DNA of 64,000 nucleotides from Antedon mediterranea (taxonomy: Eukaryota; Animalia; Echinodermata), in contig NC_092675.1 in NCBI RefSeq assembly GCF_964355755.1, positions 26,446,912-26,510,911 of the forward strand. The letters are read 5' to 3'. Every line of letters begins with the position of its first letter. Within the stretch, counting starts at the first letter, position 1. Position numbers and translations under genes: made by a program. A model generated the notes under the pieces. It had not been told where the DNA came from. It ran no database searches and was given only the letters and a program-made list of their open reading frames with translations. Positions 51,101 through 58,539 of the stretch are shown here, in pieces.

Positions 51101-54100
51101 ATTTTCAGCAAATCTTTATAGCAATATTAGTTTGTATTGAAATGAAATTGTTGTTTTTCTACCATTTCTATGTAATAGAAGCCCCTATGACCCCAGAGAT
51201 TAAGGTAACCAATCACGATGAGGCTTTCATATACGCAGGTATATACTAGCTCTTGATTGGCTAGCGCATGTTCCTTCCTTCCCCGTCCTTATGTAATTGT
51301 TATTTTTCCTGATTATTTCATTGAGTTTTGTGTTTTTTATTTATCTTGTCAAATGTACGTTTCCTATTGGCTGATTTCAGACACAAGCGTTTAAATTATT
51401 GTACACCAAATTAATAAACTAAATAGTCCATACTAAATTTAGTGAACCCATTGTATATTATTAAAGAGGGTGGGCCCCTAGATATCAGGTGGCCTGCAGC
51501 TCAAAGGGTTAACCTCTCTAAATGAATTTAATTTATTATACATTACTTATGTTAATACTTGGTGTCTGAAAATAGCAATGGAATGTTTATGTAATTGTTT
51601 AACCCTCTCCCATTCCTTTTCCTCTTTAATTCTATCTTTTAGCCTAGGAAATACAGTATTAGATGTTTATAGATTCATATTTCATCCTTCCTTCGATAGA
51701 TTTTGTAATTAATATTTTGTATAAATTCATGAACACATAGAGTAATAACTTATCGGAAGTAGTGGATAATATAGGATCTTACTTTTCATCTTTAGTTTAC
51801 TAAATTATATTAAAATAGTAAAATACATAGAATAAAATATTGTGTTGTTCATCTTTTGTTATTGGTAATACTCTATTCTTCCACACTTTTATCCTGTTTC
51901 ATCAGTTTCATAACACTGTAAAGTTTTTTTTCACTTGTATTGGTTCAACTTGTTTATCAGTTTAATATTATTGTTTAAATGTAATAATAGTTCTGTTTTT
52001 ACCTGAGTATTTCAAATTAATTACTTTTTAAATTACATTTCATTAGTTTTATAATGGTTGTGAATAATTTAGTTGAAAATAAAATAAATATCTGTTTTTA
52101 AGCATCAAGGAAAACCAATTTCATGTTCGCCTTGTTGTAAAGATTTATCTTATCTTATCTTATCTTAACTTTATTCCAAATAATGCATTTGGAATTATAA
52201 AAGAAATAAGTTTTTACTAATTGTTGTTTTACAATTTGTTTCCATTCATCTAATTAACACTGTTCTTTCATGAATCCTAACATTATCTTTCCTTTACGTT
52301 ACTAATTTAACTTATTCTTATTCAATATTACATCATTTATCTTTAACACCAAATTTGTTTATGATTGTAGAAACGAAAGAGGAAGATGAAAGTGTTCCAT
52401 TTGGAAATGACGAAAGCCAGCCAGTAGCAGAAGAAGGTGGGCAAGAACCTGCTGTGCAAGCCCGTAAGTGCATTAAAATTATTAACACTAGATAAAGTAT
52501 ACAAAGGAATGGTTGAGTCGCGTGGCCTAACAGTAGACAGAGCCACAGCAGCAAAGCTCAGCTGTAAAATGTTGGAATAAGAGCTTAAACCTGGTCCAGT
52601 AAGCCTAGTGCATCTTTCAAAAAGAGTATGGGGTTATACTTGGTATTCTGGTCCATATAAGCCTAATTAATTTAACCTTACCATGTCAGTCACTTCATAA
52701 TGGAAACACAATGCAAGTAAAAATAATATTATTAGAATTGGTAAGATAACATTAAAAAAACACATCCTAATTTAGTCACTGTTTAGTACAGTCAGTAGTA
52801 GTATTAGATGTATTATGAGTTTGCACAAATCTATTTTAAAATTCATTAAAAAAAAATCATTATTACATGATTGGGAAACATTCTTAAATAAGGTTTATTT
52901 TGCATTTTGGGAGATATGGAGGTGGATAAATTTAAACCTGGCTTACATTTGAACCGACTTTTCTCACTTTTACCATGAATCACACATTTTTATTCATTAT
53001 TTGGCCATTTTTCCCAAAATGCATTTCACATTCATTTTTTTTTCACTCCATTTACATAACAGAGGGTGTCAATGTAGTCCATTCAGCACCCCCATCACAA
53101 CCAGATGACGATGACACGACAGAGACAGTAGAACGTTTTGAGGAAACCCTCCCAGACGGATCAATCCGTATAGTAACAAGGCGGAGGGTTGTCAGGAAAG
53201 TTACACAACACGTTGAGGTCGAAGGTGAACCTGTGTTGGTTGATGGAGATGGTCAAAGGAAGTAAGTAATTAGTGTGAACAAATTGCTGTGTTTGCTGTG
53301 ATGGCTTCTTTTCTTCAAAAAGATTTTGTTTAAAGAAAAACGGATTAAATCTTGTTCACTCCTATGGGACTACAAGGTGCTCTCTAAAATGTCAATTCTT
53401 ACTGAGTTTAAAAAGAAATTAGATTAACAAAATTACTTTCAAGATACTTTCTTTCATTTTTTATCAAATAATGTCCTGTTGCGTCAACATGTTTCAACTT
53501 TATTATTTAATAGAATATTATACATTTATGTTTCCATTTTATAGAATGTTTATATTCTAAAGTGATCCAAAATCTTAAATTTTACAATAATAATTTAATA
53601 TAAAATACATGTTTTTGGCATTACACTGTCAGGAAATTAATCAGTTGTTACTCATAACCTAAATATCATTAACTAAATATTTATGTTATCGCCAGCGGTG
53701 GTTAAATTTTGTTTATTTTTTTCATTTTCATTTCATTTCTGTCTTTTTCATTCATCGTTTTAATTATCCAGTCATAATGAAGGTAATTAGCAAGTTCTCT
53801 GTTGGCATCCATCTCTATTCTTCTCTGTGAATAACTTTACTTCTTGTTCAATGTTGTTTTATGTTAACTGTTGGATTAAGTATGTATCAGGGTTTCTGGT
53901 TTTATAACTTTAATGTTATCTTCTGATCTTGTAAATTAGAATACCATTTAACATTTATACCTTAATATTGTTTACATATATCAATGGAAATTATATATTT
54001 ATATGTTGGTTTTTAAAAATATTAATAAAGCAGTATTATATATAGTATATAAAAATTCCCAGAATTAACTAATACTGTTCCTTCCAAATGGACACCTTGA

Positions 54101-56591
54101 TATGTCCTGCTCAAATTTGATATGTTGCAAATTTAAGCCTAGACTCTGGTTTAAAACACCTTTGTTATTTGCCCATCCTGTGGTATGAGCCCACTAAAAA
54201 AGATAGAGCAATATTTATGCAGATTACAATATGGTACTTGGTACTAAAGCCTACCTCCCAAACCCATTTTGGCGAGGATTGTTTATATACACGGGACAGT
54301 GCAATACTAACATTTATAATATCTGCAATTATTAATAGTATTCAAATTAATTTTGCATAATAAACAACTTTTAATAATAATTATTACTATTATTCTAATT
54401 TACAATATATAAATAAAGTGTTTTATTAATAATATTCTAATTAAAACAACCAATAATTTCATAAACCTATTTGTGATGTGTTTCAAACTGCATTTTAATA
54501 AAAATGTAAATCATATTCAAATATATCAATAATTGTAAATATTTTCCCTATATCTAATATTACATGTTACTGCTGTATTATATGTATGTAACGTGTCTAA
54601 CTGTAGCATGTTAACAACTTCTGCTACATTGTAAATGCTTATTTAATGAAGCATGTACTATTGTTGCTACATTTAAATGAATAACTAAAGGTATATTCAC
54701 ACTTGTTCCGTTTCAATGAATGGAAGTCATATTTTTAAAGCTCTGTCTACACTATTAAACTTTATGTGACAAAAAATGTGATGTGCTCATATATGGACAT
54801 GATTATGTCATATCACTACCATAATTAAGCATATCACTACCATAATTTTTTAGTCAAACTAGTTTGATAGTGTAGACAAAGCTTTATAGGGTTTTCCATT
54901 TTTTAACAAAACAGAACAAGTGAGAATGTAACTTAATTCTGGAATACTGCTGTGTGGTCATTGATGACCTAGCCCTTGAACTCTGATGTTGAGTTTGACC
55001 ATTGAACAGCATGAATGTCCTCCAATTTGAAAGAACAGTTACCATAAACGTGTAGATGCAGTTGTGAAGTTGTTAAAGATGGTTGAAGAGAGACAAGATA
55101 CTTAATTAACATTTCAACCTCTCATTTATATACTTCCTTTTAATTTATTAAAAGATACCGATATATCTTATTTAGATGCCTTTAGGCGTGTATATTGTAC
55201 ATAAATGATGGGGGTTTGCATTAGTATTGAGTGTACGCATCTGTTTAAAATGCACATTTAGAGTTGATTAAATAATGGCATGCTATGTAATTTAAAGATA
55301 ATGTTTATAATGGATGTGAATGTTGCATGTGAGTTTAGCTTAAGTGTAAAGTACTTGAATATAAAAACTGATGGTTGAATGCTAATATGCTTTATTTAAA
55401 CAGTGTGTATGTATAATACATAATACCTTACATAGTGTGTTATAGTACATAATTGTGTGTCCCCATTATGGAGTCAAAAAACCTCCTAACCTCCTCATCC
55501 AATCTCCCTCCTCATTAGTTTTACCCACCAAATAATTTACAGAAATGTTGGATTCCAATTTGAAGTATAAAGTTCTGTCTACACTATCAAACATTATGTG
55601 ACAAACAAATGTGATGTGCCCATATATGGACACTATAATGTCATCATTACCATATTTGAGCATATCACCACCACCCACATTTGGGCAGGGAGCACATCAT
55701 ACTTTTTTGGCAAACTAGTTTGATAGTGTAGATAGAGCTTAAGGTTTTAATCATTTAGATGGGTGTTCTCTCAACTGTACATGATGATGTGAACATGCTT
55801 GTTCTGTAGAGGAATAAAATTTAGTCTTGTTACACCATAGTTAATTATACTTGATCATAAAGCATCGGAATGTGTGAGAAAATGTTGTGTGTGAGTGTGT
55901 ATTGTCCTATGCTTAATGAATAAATGTAGCAGTATAATGACACTACTAGTAGCATACCATATGCCTCGTGTACCCATGCTTTTAGACTGTAGTGTGTATT
56001 CATAACATGCGATTGCCTTGTGTGTATTGAATGTCCTTTTACTAAACTTGCAATGTCTCATACATATTAAGGTTTTAATTTTGAAGTGGCAAAATGATAA
56101 TTTATGAAAACAACTATCTGGGAGTCGCAGCCACATCGCAATAGATGCACTGGGCAGAAATAAATAGCCGTTGAGATACCTTTATTAATGTTTTTCTGTT
56201 AATATTACATAACTAGTTGTTGCCTACCATTTTATAATGATCAGTAATAATCAGCATAACCACAGTATTCATCAATCAGTAATCAACAAAAAACAAATTT
56301 TAATTATTTAAATGATAAAATAAGCACAAAGAAATGAATTTATTTGCAAATGTATTTGTACTAAATAATGTTTATTTGATTTTCAGCATTGTAATTCAAA
56401 GGAAAGTGACAAACAGAACAGTAATCGTTGACGGTGAAGAAGTCAATCAGTCACAAGATATCCAAACAAATATCGTTGAAGATGGCGAAGAGGTTACTGA
56501 CGCGAAGGAACTACGTGGAGATCTCCAACAAATCGTGGACAACTTCCTTCAGGATGATGTCATTTTGGATGACAACCAGAACGAAGCGTGA
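1..56591 (+). CDS. ANK2: Giant ankyrin gene (ANK repeats-ZU5-ZU5-UPA-death domain-giant exons-C-terminal tail), 5'-partial, multi-exon span
   Basis: Phase-consistent GT-AG exons translate to canonical ankyrin motifs ([79 protein letters not shown], death domain). Symbol denotes a co-orthologue of vertebrate ANK1/2/3. Confidence 0.97.
244..403. mobile_element. PIF/Harbinger (Tourist-like) MITE copy 1
   Basis: TIRs AGCTC(A/T)GTCTACA(G/C)TATC / GATAGTGTAGACAGAG(C/T)T, flanked by TTA on both sides. Confidence 0.72.
777..875 (+). CDS. ANK2: Ankyrin exon, ANK repeat ~7 (99 bp)
   Basis: ttttcag|[33 protein letters not shown]|gtaagt. Confidence 0.95.
1164..1262 (+). CDS. ANK2: Ankyrin exon, ANK repeat ~8 (99 bp)
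   Basis: tacag|[33 protein letters not shown]|gtaaga. Confidence 0.95.
2747..2845 (+). CDS. ANK2: Ankyrin exon, ANK repeat ~9 (99 bp)
   Basis: ttctag|[33 protein letters not shown]|gtaatt. Confidence 0.95.
3189..3287 (+). CDS. ANK2: Ankyrin exon, ANK repeat ~10 (99 bp)
   Basis: tatag|[33 protein letters not shown]|gtgagt. Confidence 0.95.
3643..3741 (+). CDS. ANK2: Ankyrin exon, ANK repeat ~11 (99 bp)
   Basis: ttcag|[33 protein letters not shown]|gtaaat. Confidence 0.95.
4968..5066 (+). CDS. ANK2: Ankyrin exon, ANK repeat ~12 (99 bp)
   Basis: cgtag|[33 protein letters not shown]|gtgagt. Confidence 0.95.
5608..5706 (+). CDS. ANK2: Ankyrin exon, ANK repeat ~13 (99 bp)
   Basis: ttcag|[33 protein letters not shown]|gtaagt. 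Confidence 0.95.
6046..6342 (+). CDS. ANK2: Ankyrin exon, ANK repeats ~14-16 (297 bp)
   Basis: tttag|[14 protein letters not shown]...[11 protein letters not shown]...[11 protein letters not shown]...KKTK|gtcagt; 3x99 bp. Confidence 0.95.
6827..6925 (+). CDS. ANK2: Ankyrin exon, ANK repeat ~17 (99 bp)
   Basis: tacag|[33 protein letters not shown]|gtaagt. Confidence 0.95.
7462..7560 (+). CDS. ANK2: Ankyrin exon, ANK repeat ~18 (99 bp)
   Basis: tctag|[33 protein letters not shown]|gtacta. Confidence 0.95.
8177..8374 (+). CDS. ANK2: Ankyrin exon, ANK repeats ~19-20 (198 bp)
   Basis: tgtag|[14 protein letters not shown]...[14 protein letters not shown]...ITAK|gtacag. Confidence 0.95.
8721..8918 (+). 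CDS. ANK2: Ankyrin exon, ANK repeats ~21-22 (198 bp)
   Basis: aatag|[13 protein letters not shown]...[13 protein letters not shown]...KTK|gtatgt. Confidence 0.95.
9021..9119 (+). CDS. ANK2: Ankyrin exon, ANK repeat ~23 (99 bp)
   Basis: ctccag|[33 protein letters not shown]|gtaagc. Confidence 0.95.
9329..9436 (+). CDS. ANK2: Ankyrin exon, ANK repeat ~24 and start of linker
   Basis: tacag|[36 protein letters not shown]|gtatgt. Confidence 0.93.
9545..9620 (+). CDS. ANK2: Ankyrin linker exon
   Basis: gcag|[26 protein letters not shown]|gtgaga, phase 1 end; resembles ankyrin EKHKLNVPETM...SDEE. Confidence 0.88.
10426..10437 (+). CDS. ANK2: Candidate 12-nt microexon in linker (adds EEES)
   Basis: ctttag|AGGAAGAAAGTG|gtatgt; symmetric phase 1-1, frame preserving, purine-rich in an AT-rich intron. 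Confidence 0.55.
12619..12743 (+). CDS. ANK2: Ankyrin linker exon
   Basis: ttctag|(G)[25 protein letters not shown]...GMDP|gtaagt; resembles vertebrate DDTMTGD...LKELGDDSL. Confidence 0.88.
13061..13359 (+). CDS. ANK2: Ankyrin linker exon preceding ZU5
   Basis: ttcag|DMKYYSG...HSSMQSG|gtaatt, phase 2 end joins the ZU5 exon in frame. Confidence 0.87.
13455..14682 (+). mobile_element. Non-autonomous Helitron-like element
   Basis: Inserted between A and T; 5' end TCTTCTATATATAAA; 3' end hairpin (ATGGTACGC-GAGCGAAGCGA-GCGTGCCAT) followed by CTAG; no TSD. Confidence 0.72.
14941..15165 (+). CDS. ANK2: ZU5-A exon (spectrin-binding domain)
   Basis: tacag|[12 protein letters not shown]...[26 protein letters not shown]|gttagt. 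Confidence 0.95.
15541..15642 (+). CDS. ANK2: Duplicated ZU5-A cassette exon (102 nt)
   Basis: acgcag|[34 protein letters not shown]|gtatgt; phase 2-2; paralogous to the 3' half of the previous exon. Confidence 0.85.
15795..16270. repeat. Intronic ~240-bp tandem duplication (2 copies)
   Basis: aaatggcaataaaat...ccattctcaaaataatgaa...gatagatcacatttaaa...ccaaatggttaatttt occurs at ~15795 and ~16034. Confidence 0.85.
16917..17074 (+). CDS. ANK2: ZU5-A exon
   Basis: aatag|[33 protein letters not shown]...KGD|gtatgg. Confidence 0.94.
17336..17535 (+). CDS. ANK2: ZU5-A/ZU5-B exon
   Basis: tgcag|...[23 protein letters not shown]...[10 protein letters not shown]|gtaata. Confidence 0.94.
17756..17960 (+). 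CDS. ANK2: ZU5-B exon
   Basis: tacag|VQPVP...[18 protein letters not shown]...LRLLCSIT|gtatag. Confidence 0.95.
18010..18134. mobile_element. PIF/Harbinger MITE copy 2
   Basis: AGCTCTGTCTACACTATCAAACT...TGTAGACAGAGCT; same interior (cccaaatatg, atatatgg) as copy 1. Confidence 0.72.
18343..18442 (+). CDS. ANK2: ZU5-B exon
   Basis: tccag|[34 protein letters not shown]|gttagt. Confidence 0.95.
18638..18869 (+). CDS. ANK2: UPA domain exon
   Basis: cttag|FWLMDC...[11 protein letters not shown]|gttagt. Confidence 0.95.
19162..19413 (+). CDS. ANK2: UPA domain exon
   Basis: ttcag|ILEGRPVY...GRLSFMREP...[13 protein letters not shown]|gtaagg. Confidence 0.95.
20311..20358 (+). CDS. ANK2: 48-nt small exon between UPA and death domain
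   Basis: ttgaag|[16 protein letters not shown]|gtttgt; phase 0-0; weak splice sites, acidic peptide like vertebrate KKESESD. Confidence 0.68.
21394..21417 (+). CDS. ANK2: Candidate 24-nt microexon (EYRMEKGE)
   Basis: ttgccgttccattaacacag|...GAG|gtaacc; phase 0-0. Confidence 0.62.
21985..22002 (+). CDS. ANK2: Candidate 18-nt microexon (RELFEE)
   Basis: ctccttacag|AGGGAGCTATTCGAAGAG|gtaact; phase 0-0. Confidence 0.6.
22854..22880 (+). CDS. ANK2: Candidate 27-nt microexon (KERLGVLSQ)
   Basis: ctttgctattctgcttaacag|...CAG|gtacga; phase 0-0; UGC motifs just upstream. Confidence 0.6.
24109..24257. mobile_element. Tc1/mariner-type MITE
   Basis: TA|CAGTATAACCTCT...AGAGCTTTTACTG|TA; interior ggggacacc / ggtgtcccc inverted. 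Confidence 0.62.
24740..24818 (+). CDS. ANK2: Pre-death-domain exon
   Basis: tttag|[27 protein letters not shown]|gtaagt; resembles ANK3 FASLALRKRYSYLTEPGM. Confidence 0.85.
25041..25244 (+). CDS. ANK2: Death domain exon 1
   Basis: tacag|(S)[30 protein letters not shown]...[10 protein letters not shown]...DAT|gtaaga. Confidence 0.93.
25724..25867 (+). CDS. ANK2: Death domain exon 2
   Basis: tttag|(S)[20 protein letters not shown]...EVET|gtgagt. Confidence 0.9.
26142..26188 (+). CDS. ANK2: Post-death-domain exon
   Basis: ttcag|(S)[15 protein letters not shown]|gtaaat; phase 1 to 0. Confidence 0.75.
28213..28260 (+). CDS. ANK2: 48-nt tail exon
   Basis: aacag|[16 protein letters not shown]|gtattt. 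Confidence 0.7.
28485..28544 (+). CDS. ANK2: 60-nt tail exon
   Basis: tttag|[20 protein letters not shown]|gtagag. Confidence 0.72.
28909..28965 (+). CDS. ANK2: 57-nt tail exon
   Basis: tttag|[19 protein letters not shown]|gtaagt. Confidence 0.75.
29230..29277 (+). CDS. ANK2: 48-nt tail exon
   Basis: aaaag|[16 protein letters not shown]|gtaaga. Confidence 0.68.
29411..29503 (+). CDS. ANK2: 93-nt tail exon
   Basis: ttgcag|[31 protein letters not shown]|gtgagt. Confidence 0.8.
29633..29701 (+). CDS. ANK2: 69-nt tail exon
   Basis: tttag|[23 protein letters not shown]|gtaaga. Confidence 0.8.
29840..39952 (+). CDS. ANK2: Giant exon 1 (10,113 nt, 3,371 codons), acidic and likely disordered
   Basis: gacag|AAAGATCAA in frame with the 3367-aa ORF; donor TCAGAG|gtaatt; phase 0-0. 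Confidence 0.88.
32324..37200 (+). repeat. Coding tandem repeat, ~41 copies of a 117/120-bp unit (39/40 aa)
   Basis: Consensus [39 protein letters not shown](Q); unit starts counted from 32324 to 37094. Confidence 0.95.
39330..39575 (+). repeat. Short coding repeat (T/I)QESHTSE
   Basis: caagaatcacacacaagtgaa-like units repeated several times. Confidence 0.85.
40495..40518 (+). CDS. ANK2: Candidate 24-nt microexon (RLIEEIFN)
   Basis: tttatttgcag|...AAT|gtaaga; phase 0-0; TGCATG at 40547. Confidence 0.62.
40852..40890 (+). CDS. ANK2: 39-nt exon ([13 protein letters not shown])
   Basis: catttag|...CAG|gtgtga; phase 0-0. Confidence 0.62.
41145..44426 (+). CDS. ANK2: Giant exon 2 (3,282 nt, 1,094 codons)
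   Basis: ttcag|ATACCA in frame with the 1089-aa ORF; donor CAGGAG|gtattt; phase 0-0. Confidence 0.87.
42768..43420 (+). repeat. Coding tandem repeat, ~6 copies of a 111-bp unit (37 aa)
   Basis: AEDxEPT(S/L)[13 protein letters not shown](I/K)A(A/D)NATESLEV(E/Q)TEE(C/Y); starts 42768, 42879, 42990, 43101, 43212, 43323. Confidence 0.95.
44874..44945 (+). CDS. ANK2: 72-nt tail exon (or terminal exon reading to TGA at 44958-44960)
   Basis: aacag|[24 protein letters not shown]|gtatat (weak donor). Confidence 0.68.
47025..47145 (+). CDS. ANK2: Tail exon
   Basis: aatag|[14 protein letters not shown]...MNEIAQS-G|gtattt; phase 0 to 1. Confidence 0.75.
47520..47723 (+). CDS. ANK2: Tail exon
   Basis: tgtag|(E)[15 protein letters not shown]...[10 protein letters not shown]|gttagt; phase 1-1. 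Confidence 0.78.
48023..48184. mobile_element. Tc1/mariner-type MITE, same family
   Basis: TA|CAGTATAACCTCTATTAATGGGACACC...GGATTCTACTG|TA; degenerate relatives near 2385, 18140, 25276 and 27160. Confidence 0.62.
48275..48397 (+). CDS. ANK2: Tail exon
   Basis: aatag|(V)[26 protein letters not shown]...IIQA|gtttga; phase 1-1. Confidence 0.7.
48779..48798. mobile_element. 20-bp palindromic insertion with 7-bp direct repeat (transposon footprint or mini-element)
   Basis: atcttat|CATGGAGGTATACCTCCGTG|atcttat. Confidence 0.6.
49927..50326. mobile_element. CpG-rich non-autonomous element with ~35-40-bp imperfect terminal inverted repeats
   Basis: Left GTACAATCAAAGAATATAAATAGGTAAAGAATCAACAGT versus reverse complement of right end GTACCAAAGATAATAAAAGGAGAAGATACAACAGT; GC/CpG-rich interior. 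Confidence 0.55.
50811..50915 (+). CDS. ANK2: Tail exon
   Basis: tgtag|(D)[34 protein letters not shown]|gtagga; phase 1-1. Confidence 0.72.
51179..51238 (+). CDS. ANK2: Tail exon (60 nt)
   Basis: aatag|(E)[19 protein letters not shown]|gtatat; phase 1-1. Confidence 0.6.
52371..52463 (+). CDS. ANK2: Tail exon (93 nt)
   Basis: tgtag|(E)[30 protein letters not shown]|gtaagt; phase 1-1. Confidence 0.78.
53063..53261 (+). CDS. ANK2: Penultimate exon with obscurin-binding-like motif
   Basis: aacag|...[29 protein letters not shown]...DGQR-AA|gtaagt; phase 1 to 2. Confidence 0.85.
54739..54883. mobile_element. PIF/Harbinger MITE copy 3 (opposite orientation)
   Basis: AGCTCTGTCTACACTAT...GATAGTGTAGACAAAGCT; TAA/TTA flanks. 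Confidence 0.72.
55571..55739. mobile_element. PIF/Harbinger MITE copy 4
   Basis: AGTTCTGTCTACACTATCAAAC...GTTTGATAGTGTAGATAGAGCT, flanked by TAA on both sides. Confidence 0.75.
56387..56591 (+). CDS. ANK2: Terminal coding exon
   Basis: ttcag|(N)[19 protein letters not shown]...DDNQNEA-TGA; phase 2 matches the previous exon. Confidence 0.85.
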
Positions 56592-56640
56592 TTTTTATTA
56601 ATATTAAATTTTAAAAATATGTTTGTTAAAAAGATTTTAA

Positions 56641-56646
56641 AATAAA
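56641..56646 (+). promoter_or_regulatory. Candidate polyadenylation signal (another at 57294-57299)
   Basis: AATAAA downstream of the stop codon; the AT-rich context makes this weak evidence. Confidence 0.35.
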
Positions 56647-58539
56647 GTGTTGTAAATTTATGTGAAATGTTGATTATGATTGAGTGTGTGAATACGATTC
56701 ATGGTAGTTAATGAAGGCTTGTTCTCACTGATAATAATAACCGTATTCGTGTTGCGTGTCGTTGATATTGCACGTCTCACTGCGTTGATATCTGTCCATT
56801 TTCTTATCGTAGACCTAGCACGTAAGTTTAGTCCATAGTGTTGTTGGTGTGTATATCATTCGATAAAAAAAAAGAATTTAAACAGTTAATTGAAAATACT
56901 ATTGTAGTCCAACTTGCCATAGATTATTATTGCTAGAAAAAAAGCCATTGTTTTTTCATATTAGAAAATTATATAGTATTTACACTAATTATACTGTACC
57001 TTGAGTATTGCAAAGTTACTTATACATTTGTTTCAGGACTATTTTCACTTGTAAAACAAACAAAAAAAAACAAAATCTAGAGTAATATAACAACCATTTA
57101 AATTTCTTTCACATTGATTGATTATTACTTTTCTGTGTGCTCCTAAATTAGGCTCTCTAATTTGTAAAATTAATTATGATAAATTTAATGGATAATTTTT
57201 GGAGGTTTATTACGATTTTTGTGGTTTTGCATGATAAATTATGTCTTTTTTTTTTGTACTTGACCTTGTAACCCCAGTGACCTTCTATGAACCAATAAAA
57301 TTGTTTATTCAGACTGATGGTATACAGAAAACAAAATCATGATTCATCAGTTTCTACTTAAATGTAAAATAGTTTGCAAATATATTCCTTGATGTTTCAA
57401 ATATTAAATCCTTGGATGTTAAATCAATCCTGCTAATAGAGAGTAGAATCAATTATAATATACTGTAAACTGCAGTTCATCGAGGAATACATTTAAAATA
57501 GATGGTACTTAATAATCTATATCATGTGATCTAATGTTAGAGGTGATTTAATTAATCTATCATTCATAAATTTAATTGTAATAAATCAATTTTTTCTGTC
57601 CTTTTAAGGAGCATATTTTTATGGCATATTCCTGAACATTTCACTTAGATTGTTTAGCATTTCACATCATGGTTTTAATATTAGTACTTGAAAATAGTTG
57701 ATTTTTATGTTATTTCATTCATCTGATAAGATTATGTAATTTTCCTTGCATCATGTTTTTCATATTTAACTATAGGGTTAAGTAATGTATGATTAAAATT
57801 GATTATTCGTGGTGATTTTGATTCCGCAAATTGTAGTGCAATTGGGTATAAAATCAAGTGTAGGTATTTTTAATGTACAAATTCAGTGATATTGTTTTAT
57901 GTGCCAAAGATATTCCTGTCCCAATGTGGTGTTTTTGAGTCTTCAGTGCATGTTATCATGTAAGTGTTATACTCATGTACAACGTTGAGGGCGTGCGTCC
58001 AGGTGGCTGGTTTGAATATTGCTGTTACCTAGGAAACACATTACAATATTTGGTGAATAATGAATTAATAAAAGCTGTGAATTGTGCATCATATTTGTGT
58101 AGAATAAATTTTTAAGTCGATAACACAATATACATACATTATAGCAACATATGAGCACATTTTGTTTGTAATATCGTTACCCTCATATCAAAAGTGCCTA
58201 AGTCATTTTTTGTAGTTTTGAGAAAAAGACTAAAAACCTCGATTTTTTTTAAATTCTTTAAAACCAAATAGTTATTCATTATTTGTTCTATAAATATATA
58301 TCAATAGAAGCTAAATGTAATATAGGTAAGAAGACACAATATAATTATTGCGCAACGTAATAAAATGACTTAGGCAAAAATATTTGGATATAGTGTGACT
58401 TAGGCAGTTTTACAAATGAAAATTGCCTAAGTCACACAGCTGACTTAGGCAGAAACACAAAAAACGATCTGAGCATGTGCAAATGTATATAAAAGAGCTC
58501 AGATAATGTACAGAGGGCAGTATAATGATATAAGCAGTG

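Noticed and set aside
51205-51585. CCAAT-box cluster and inverted repeat as an internal promoter
   Set aside because: One box is inside a coding exon and another lies in an arm of a degenerate inverted repeat (51361 to ~51582) that looks like a MITE relic; no other promoter evidence.
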